From: Pocillopora damicornis
Taxonomy: Eukaryota
Direction of reading: 5' to 3'
NCBI RefSeq assembly: GCF_003704095.1
Contig: NW_020846150.1
Location: 62,001 to 126,000, forward strand
DNA length: 64,000 nucleotides
The position numbers and the translations under genes were made by a program. This document shows positions 56,908 to 64,000 of this stretch, piece by piece. Under the pieces are notes generated by a model. It was given only the letters and a program-made list of their open reading frames with translations, made no database searches and was not told the DNA's origin. Numbering within the stretch: the first letter of the stretch is position 1; each line of letters opens with the position of its first letter.

Positions 56908-58860
56908 CTTGAAATTTGCGGCAAAGAGGAATTTCGGTCGCAAGCTGATACCGTGACCAACTTATAAATTCTACTGACAATGCAAGTCGAGAGAAGTGCA
57001 GAATGATGGATGTTTTCCATTATGTTAAGATGTGGCGATCCTCCTGTAGTTTTGCCGACAGAGACAATATTTCACAGTATTGTCTTTCATTTTCGGTCCG
57101 TGATTGGCTAGAAATGAAAGATGGACATCACAGCACTGAAATGGGTTCTTCCCGTACGTTTGAAAATTTTACCAGCTGTGTAGCTACAAATCCACCAAAT
57201 AATACACTGGACACTGAAATAAAAAGTACTTGGTGAAAACAAGGCAAAGTATACTCGTTTTCATACATCGATCGACCAAATTTGCCATCTTTTGCTTCGA
57301 CGTCTGAAATAACTCTTAAAACAACTTCCCAGAAACATACACGTTGAATGCCGCATAATTTAGTTGGTACTCGGGCCTCAAGCTCATTATCAAGAAATTT
57401 GTGGTGAATTATTCGCTTTCAGATTAGCACTTTTTCAACATGAAACGCTGCTAAATGATCTCTCAAATAACACGCGATTGATCGAGATATTGTTGCCATG
57501 AAGGCATTTAGCAAAAAATAGTTGAAATTTTGATAAGGTACCAGCAGACTTTGCGCAAAACTATGAACAGCATAGGGAAATTTTTTTTTTGATGTTTGCG
57601 TCTAAAAACATAATTAGTGTTAAATGGCGATAATCCAACGATTTTTTCGAGGCTTTCAATAACCTGCATAAGTTATCTTGAGTTTTACATTACAAACGGA
57701 TTCGATTGTGCGGAGAAACGCATTCCAACTTGTTATTCTATCGAAGCAGAGAAACGCGCATAAAAAAAAAATGAAAATGGATTTGAAGCTCAACGAAGCT
57801 GCTTATTACATTTTTAAGTCAACTTGTGAGAGGACATAAAATTTTGAAGTCACTACAAACGTTCCTTTTGCATCGCACGTTAGGTTAAATTTAGAGACAA
57901 TATTACATTGCCATTTGCGGCTTGGAAGTCCAGTTGTCTTAGATTCCGGAAGTTTTAACGGCTTTCCTCTGTGGAATATGGAGGGGCTGAACCGCCGTGA
58001 GGGCCCACAGTATCTTGAAATATTCTTTAAAGACCTTGAACTCTCTTATAGTTGTAAAAGAACTCTGTTTTTAAAAGTATTCAAGAATCTTTTATCAAAA
58101 CTAGTAAAGGCTCTTAACTTACATTTAACCTTTTTTAAAAAAATTCTACACAGTCATTAAAGGAAGAAACATATATTCATCCGTGCACGCTGTCAAGAGG
58201 AAAGAAAAAAGAAGCAGTTTTAATATATTGATATCGAGTAACAGATTAAGTTGCTAAATTAAATGGGTTTCCATGAAATGAAGGACTGGTGTTTATGCTT
58301 ATCCTCGTCGACGGTATTCAGTTTTTACATGTGTCAACGGATGAACACGTATTTCCTTTCAAGAGTTGTTAATATTCCGGCGACGGAATCACTTCATCTG
58401 TAGTAGCGGCATACAAAGATGACTCCCTCTAGAATAACTGGAAAATAAAACAGAAGGAAGAAATAATTTTTTCCCATTTCAGACACCTTTAACTCTAATG
58501 ATCGATATACGTTTTCTCGCCGAAACTTTGTAACAAAAGTAAACATCAATTTAACAAAATGTCAAAAATCGGCTCCTCTGTGACACCTAATATTCAAAAC
58601 AACAAGAATCAACGCAATTATCTGGTAAACAGTCAAAATAAAATGAGTCATTGATCCATAAATAATCGCGTGTTATTGTCGAGATCATTGCGAAACCTTT
58701 AACGATATTCAAATTTTGAGAAAGCCTCTTTGTTGATAGTTGCAATAGTTCTTTCGCCTCATTGAACTTTGAAGTGGCACGAGAGCTCACGAAAGTCTAA
58801 AATATTCTGATCTAACAATGTGATTTAAACCCTCTAAGGTGTCAGCTGAAGAAGACCAAA

Positions 58861-59937
58861 ATGCCGTCCAGTAACTATACAAACATCACAAACTCAACCG
58901 AGCCCTCCTCTATTGGAGCAAATATTTGGGTCGAACAGTATGAAGAATCAAAAGCCCTTTACATTTTCCGTTTAATCCTGTTCTCCGTTATCATCTCGGC
59001 CAGTATAATCGGCAACTCGATGGTTTGTTATGCTGTGTGTACCATACCTTCCCGCAAGCCTCTCTCCTACTATCTCGTCGCTAACATGGCCTTCGCGGAA
59101 ATTCTAAGCAGCGTTTGTTTGGCCGTCATGTTTGCGAGCGGGCAGAATCCAACTGACGTCGTTCTTCAAGAAGCTGCATGCATTTTGAATCCGTTCCAAG
59201 TAATTGCTCTTCTCGTTGTGATCTACTCACTGGCTGCCATCGCTTTTTATCGTTACAGATTCATTGTAAACCCTCTTCCACGCACACCATCATCAGTAAA
59301 GACAATAACAATTCTGACCATATCTGGGTTGTGGCTGTTGTCATTTGCAATCGCCTGCCCCTTTTTCTTTGGTCTCAGATTTAGAAATGGTGTATGCATG
59401 GAGCTGTCTGTCGTAAATAATAGATCCTATGTAGCCATCAGATTCATCCTGAACTACGCTTTACCTTATGTGATAATGCTGGCATCTTACGGAGCGGTGG
59501 CGTGGAACTTAAGGAGACGAATTGTGCAGATTAAGAGAAGAAATCGAGATTCGATTGTTACTTCCTCTTGTGGTGTTGAAACTGAACTCCAAGAGTTACG
59601 AGATGGCGCGAGAATGGAGGAACGAAGAAGTGTTCTGCTCGAACAGAATAACCGAAGAGACAGCAAACCCGAAAACACAGACCCGGAGAAAGATTTACTT
59701 AAAATGATTTTTGTCCTTATTATCATTTATGTTGTTTGTTATTTTCCGTATCAAGCCCATTATGTGTGGGAAAGGGTTTCTAACATCACTGCTTATCAAT
59801 TTAGATATCATCAACTCTTTATTGATTATAATTTTATTTTGATTTGCCTTCCCAGCGCCTTACATCCTTTGTGTTATGGAACAATGAACAGTTTCTTTGC
59901 TAAGGCGTTCTCCAAAATCATTCTCTGTAGATCTTGA
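58861..59937 (+). CDS. Intronless rhodopsin-like (class A) GPCR with non-canonical motifs, 358 aa
   Basis: N-glycosylation sequons at the N-terminus, seven hydrophobic segments, GN in TM1, MAFAE in TM2, AFYRY in TM3, CYFP in TM6, HPLCY in TM7. Confidence 0.9.
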   Translation: MPSSNYTNITNSTEPSSIGANIWVEQYEESKALYIFRLILFSVIISASIIGNSMVCYAVCTIPSRKPLSYYLVANMAFAEILSSVCLAVMFASGQNPTDVVLQEAACILNPFQVIALLVVIYSLAAIAFYRYRFIVNPLPRTPSSVKTITILTISGLWLLSFAIACPFFFGLRFRNGVCMELSVVNNRSYVAIRFILNYALPYVIMLASYGAVAWNLRRRIVQIKRRNRDSIVTSSCGVETELQELRDGARMEERRSVLLEQNNRRDSKPENTDPEKDLLKMIFVLIIIYVVCYFPYQAHYVWERVSNITAYQFRYHQLFIDYNFILICLPSALHPLCYGTMNSFFAKAFSKIILCRS

Positions 59938-60990
59938 AAACACAATGATGAATATGTTTCTCAAATCGTAGAATGCTTTGTTCAAGTTCGAGCAAATTCT
60001 TAGGTTCATTTTGCCTTGTTATGAGAGCCATTTCCGGATGAAAGTTTTTTCAACTTGAGTTGTTCCTCCTCGTCGTTTAGGACTGGTGAGTTTATCTCAA
60101 AATTGACTTGTTGACTGGGCAATTATTTCATATACAGACTTATCATGATGATAAATGTTTATGCAACCTGTGTATCTGCAGCAACAAAGGTAGTAGAAGA
60201 TACTTTTGAGCAACTTTACAAATGTAAGTGATATGACAAGAGGAAAATGCTTATTGTTGAGAAGAAATTAAATTTGACTAGGGCCCTTTAAGTGCATGAT
60301 AAAATATTATCTTTTTGTTGCTGATAACGAATTCCTGTTCAAATTTAAAATTACATTAAGTCGGCGAAATTGTAAAGAGATCCAAATTTAGAAACTGCTG
60401 CTATTTAGAGCGTGCGCCCGTAGCATGAAATTTTTCAATGACGAGATATCTTTTGCCGACCGACAAATGGTTTTCGTGAAACTTTGGAATGCTAATTATT
60501 CCTAAGTTGTCAGTTGTTTTCATTGTTGGCTTATTGTTTGCGGTTTTTTGACATGTTGTTTGTAGGTGACAGGCACGTCACCTACTTTTCTCTGTTCACT
60601 AATCATGCGAACCATGAGCAATTTTCGATAGAATTTTGAAAACAATCTGGCGCTGCTTTGATAATTCTTCAATGCGCTATAGGAATGATTCAGAGAACTC
60701 GCGCCATGGTCTTTATGCAGACTCTAGAATTGAATCCAATTGCAATTTCGTTCAATCCACTTTGCGCCTTTGAGGTCGTTGACTACTTGTGATGTCCACG
60801 TTTTATCTGTTTGGCCGATGTTATCAAGTTGGTTTTGGTTTTACAAAACTCAATCGAAAATCTCTCTAATTAGGAAGCGTAGCAGACATTGAATTATGTT
60901 GTGTTAAGGTTAAGTTCGGATAGAACACGCGCTGTCATTGGTTGATAGAGCGTTCTACATTAGAGTGAAAAACACAGAGCTGAGCTAAAG

Positions 60991-61042
60991 CTGGTAATTT
61001 AGTGTTAACAACTGGGTTGAAAACGTAAATTAGCTACCGTAA
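60991..61042. mobile_element. Start of another copy of the Penelope-derived element, running into an N-gap
   Basis: ggtaatttagtgttaacaactgggttgaaaacgtaaattagctaccgtaa closely matches 53389-53438. Confidence 0.7.
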
Positions 61043-61279
61043 NNNNNNNNNNNNNNNNNNNNNNNNNNNNNNNNNNNNNNNNNNNNNNNNNNNNNNNNNN
61101 NNNNNNNNNNNNNNNNNNNNNNNNNNNNNNNNNNNNNNNNNNCATGTTCAGATTGTGGATCTTGTAAAACGCTTTGCACTTTTACTTCGACAGTCCGGCT
61201 GCCGTTTCCTTGCACTTTTTCACCCATTAAAAAAACAATTACGGAGACAAACAGTTNNNNNNNNNNTGGCAAAATTTCG

Positions 61280-63002
61280 ACTTAGAAATTTACTTCAGAA
61301 TGAGAGCGAACCTGATTCAGTTTCTGGACACTNNNNNNNNNNGTACTTGGTGAAAACAAGGAAAAGTATACTTGTTTGTATTCATCGAACGACCAAATTT
61401 GCCATCCTTTGCTTCGAGATCTGAAATAACTCCTAAAACAACTTTCCAGAAACATGCAAGTTGAATGCTGCATTATTTAATTGCTACTTGGGCCTCAAGC
61501 TCCATATTAANNNNNNNNNNNNNNNNNNNNNNNNNNNNNNNNNNNNNNNNNNNNNNNNNNNNNNNNNNNNNNNNNNNNNNNNNNNNNNNNNNNNNNNNNN
61601 NNNNNNNNNNNNNNNNNNNNNNNNNNNNNNNNNNNNNNNNNNNNNNNNNNNNNNNNNNNNNNNNNNNNNNNNNNNNNNNNNNNNNNNNNNNNNNNNNNNN
61701 NNNNNNNNNNNNNNNNNNNNNNNNNNNNNNNNNNNNNNNNNNNNNNNNNNNNNNNNNNNNNNNNAATACAATTAGTGTTAAATGGCGATAATTCAACAAT
61801 TGTTTCGAGGCTTTCAATGAGCTGCATAAGTTATCTTGAGTTTTACATTATAAACGGATTCGATTGTGTGGAGAAACGCATTACAACTTGATACTCTATC
61901 GAAGCCGAGAAACGCGCATAAAANNNNNNNNNNNNNNNNNNNNNNNNNNNNNNNNNNNNNNNNNNNNNNNNNNNNNNNNNNNNNNNNNNNNNNNNNNNNN
62001 NNNNNNNNNNNNNNNNNNNNNNNNNNNNNNNNNNNNNNNNNNNNNNNNNNNNNNNNNNNNNNNNNNNNNNNNNNNNNNNNNNNNNNNNNNNNNNNNNNNN
62101 NNNNNNNNNNNNNNNNNNNNNNNNNNNNNNNNNNNNNNNNNNNNNNNNNNNNNNNNNNNNNNNNNNNNNNNNNNNNNNNNNNNNNNNNNNNNNNNNNNNN
62201 NNNNNNNNNNNNNNNNNNNNNNNNNNNNNNNNNNNNNNNNNNNNNNNNNNNNNNNNNNNNNNNNNNNNNNNNNNNNNNNNNNNNNNNNNNNNNNNNNNNN
62301 NNNNNNNNNNNNNNNNNNNNNNNNNNNNNNNNNNNNNNNNNNNNNNNNNNNNNNNNNNNNNNNNNNNNNNNNNNNNNNNNNNNNNNNNNNNNNNNNNNNN
62401 NNNNNNNNNNNNNNNNNNNNNNNNNNNNNNNNNNNNNNNNNNNNNNNNNNNNNNNNNNNNNNNNNNNNNNNNNNNNNNNNNNNNNNNNNNNNNNNNNNNN
62501 NNNNNNNNNNNNNNNNNNNNNNNNNNNNNNNNNNNNNNNNNNNNNNNNNNNNNNNNNNNNNNNNNNNNNNNNNNNNNNNNNNNNNNNNNNNNNNNNNNNN
62601 NNNNNNNNNNNNNNNNNNNNNNNNNNNNNNNNNNNNNNNNNNNNNNNNNNNNNNNNNNNNNNNNNNNNNNNNNNNNNNNNNNNNNNNNNNNNNNNNNNNN
62701 NNNNNNNNNNNNNNNNNNNNNNNNNNNCTTCTATTTAATGATTGTTAAAAATTCTACGCAGTAATTAAAGGAAGAAACATGTATTCATCCGTGGAGACTG
62801 TCAAGAGGAAAGAAAAAGAAAGGTAGTTTTAATTTAATGATAAAGAAAAACAGATTAAGTTGCTNNNNNNNNNNGTTGTTTATGTTTATCCTAAACATGG
62901 CCTTCGCAGAAATTTTATGCAGCGTTTGTTTGGCCGTCAATGATGTTTTGCGACCGGGAAGAATCGAACTAACGTCGTTCTGCAAGAGGCTGCATGCACT
63001 GT
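61280..63002 (+). pseudogene. Degenerate tandem duplicate of the 57.1-59.2 kb GPCR upstream region and partial CDS
   Basis: 61345-61510 matches about 57225-57390; 61765-61923 matches about 57605-57765; 62730-62890 matches about 58125-58305. It then jumps to 62893-62998, which matches CDS 59082-59181 with a frameshifting insertion. ATG and TM1 are absent. Confidence 0.75.
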
Positions 63003-64000
63003 NNNNNNNNNNNNNNNNNNNNNNNNNNNNNNNNNNNNNNNNNNNNNNNNNNNNNNNNNNNNNNNNNNNNNNNNNNNNNNNNNNNNNNNNNNNNNNNNNN
63101 NNAGAGATAAGTAGACAACAGATACTGTAGTGCGAAGCCGTTTTCTCAAAGACTTTCCCGCCGTCTTCCTCTCCACTGTTGTGTTGATAGTCAACGTAAC
63201 GAATGACTTCGAATTTTAAACCTGTCAATCATAGGTGACGAATTTGATATTGATTTTAATCATTATCGATTATGACGTAGCTACAGCTTTTAGCTAAATT
63301 CACTTTAGACAGGTTTGCAAATAGCAATTTCCTTTTCAATCAGCATATGAATTTTTTTAAAAGTAAACAAAGATTTATACTACAGACACAACTCAGACCA
63401 GAAAATATGAAACTGCTTTTTAACCAAACATTTGATAGTTTGATGAGAGCACAAGACGTCAACCTGTTAAAAAAAAATAGCAGCACCTCGGTCTTTCTTC
63501 TCGTCACCCACACTGTTCACTCATAGCTAACACTGATGTTCTTTTGTTGCCGCGCGCGTACGCTAGGAACCTCTGCTGCACATTTGATCAAAATCGATCG
63601 GCACAACTTCGTGCCTAACGGTTACTTGCGAGGTTTGATCAGCATGATCTAATTCCTGTCTTTTGAATCGAAAGAAATCGATGATAAAAAATAGATACCA
63701 TCTCCTTATTGACAACTCAGGAGCAGTATGTAGAATTAAAGTCTAAGTAGTTCATGTCAGAATTTGACGGAAAATTTGCAATTGAATCAAAGGAATGTTT
63801 TCGTTTTACTGACTGAGAGAACATTCATGTTCGATGGCACATTAATCTTTCAATTTCCTTAAACCCTGGTCTTAAGCGGTCCGATAGCGCCGCTAAAACG
63901 CGTAAGGCGGGACAACTAGTGACTTCTCAGCGTTGTTAGCCGCGGAGAACCATGCTTAAACGAAAAGGAAAACACCTTTGGTTCTCAGACGTCTGATTCT

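Overview
AT-rich, intron-containing animal DNA with N-gaps. The repeat families and protein domains suggest a cnidarian, probably a stony coral (inference). Manual splicing of GT-AG exons gives, in order: the 5' part of a Crumbs-like LamG/EGF gene (-), an intronless class A GPCR (+), XAB2/SYF1 (-), PIN1 (+), POLE3 (-), CSNK2B (+), LSM2 (-, absent from the ORF track), PSMB1 (+), a secreted PAN-like/EGF/unknown-domain gene (-) with a decayed Penelope-like element in intron 1, COQ4 (-), DHPS (+), a second intronless GPCR (+) and a broken duplicate of that GPCR locus. Highlights: (1) nearly all conserved genes have human orthologues on the MHC paralogon (6p21 class III, 9q32-34, 19p13, 1q), which suggests a dense proto-MHC block with CSNK2B and LSM2 adjacent; (2) the housekeeping genes form four head-to-head pairs, one with only 81 bp between start codons; (3) a young, TSD-flanked palindromic Penelope-derived insert in a DHPS intron carries hammerhead-ribozyme cores on both strands; (4) a uORF stop codon overlaps the Crumbs start codon (TAATG). 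Exon coordinates were read by eye and may be off by a few bases.
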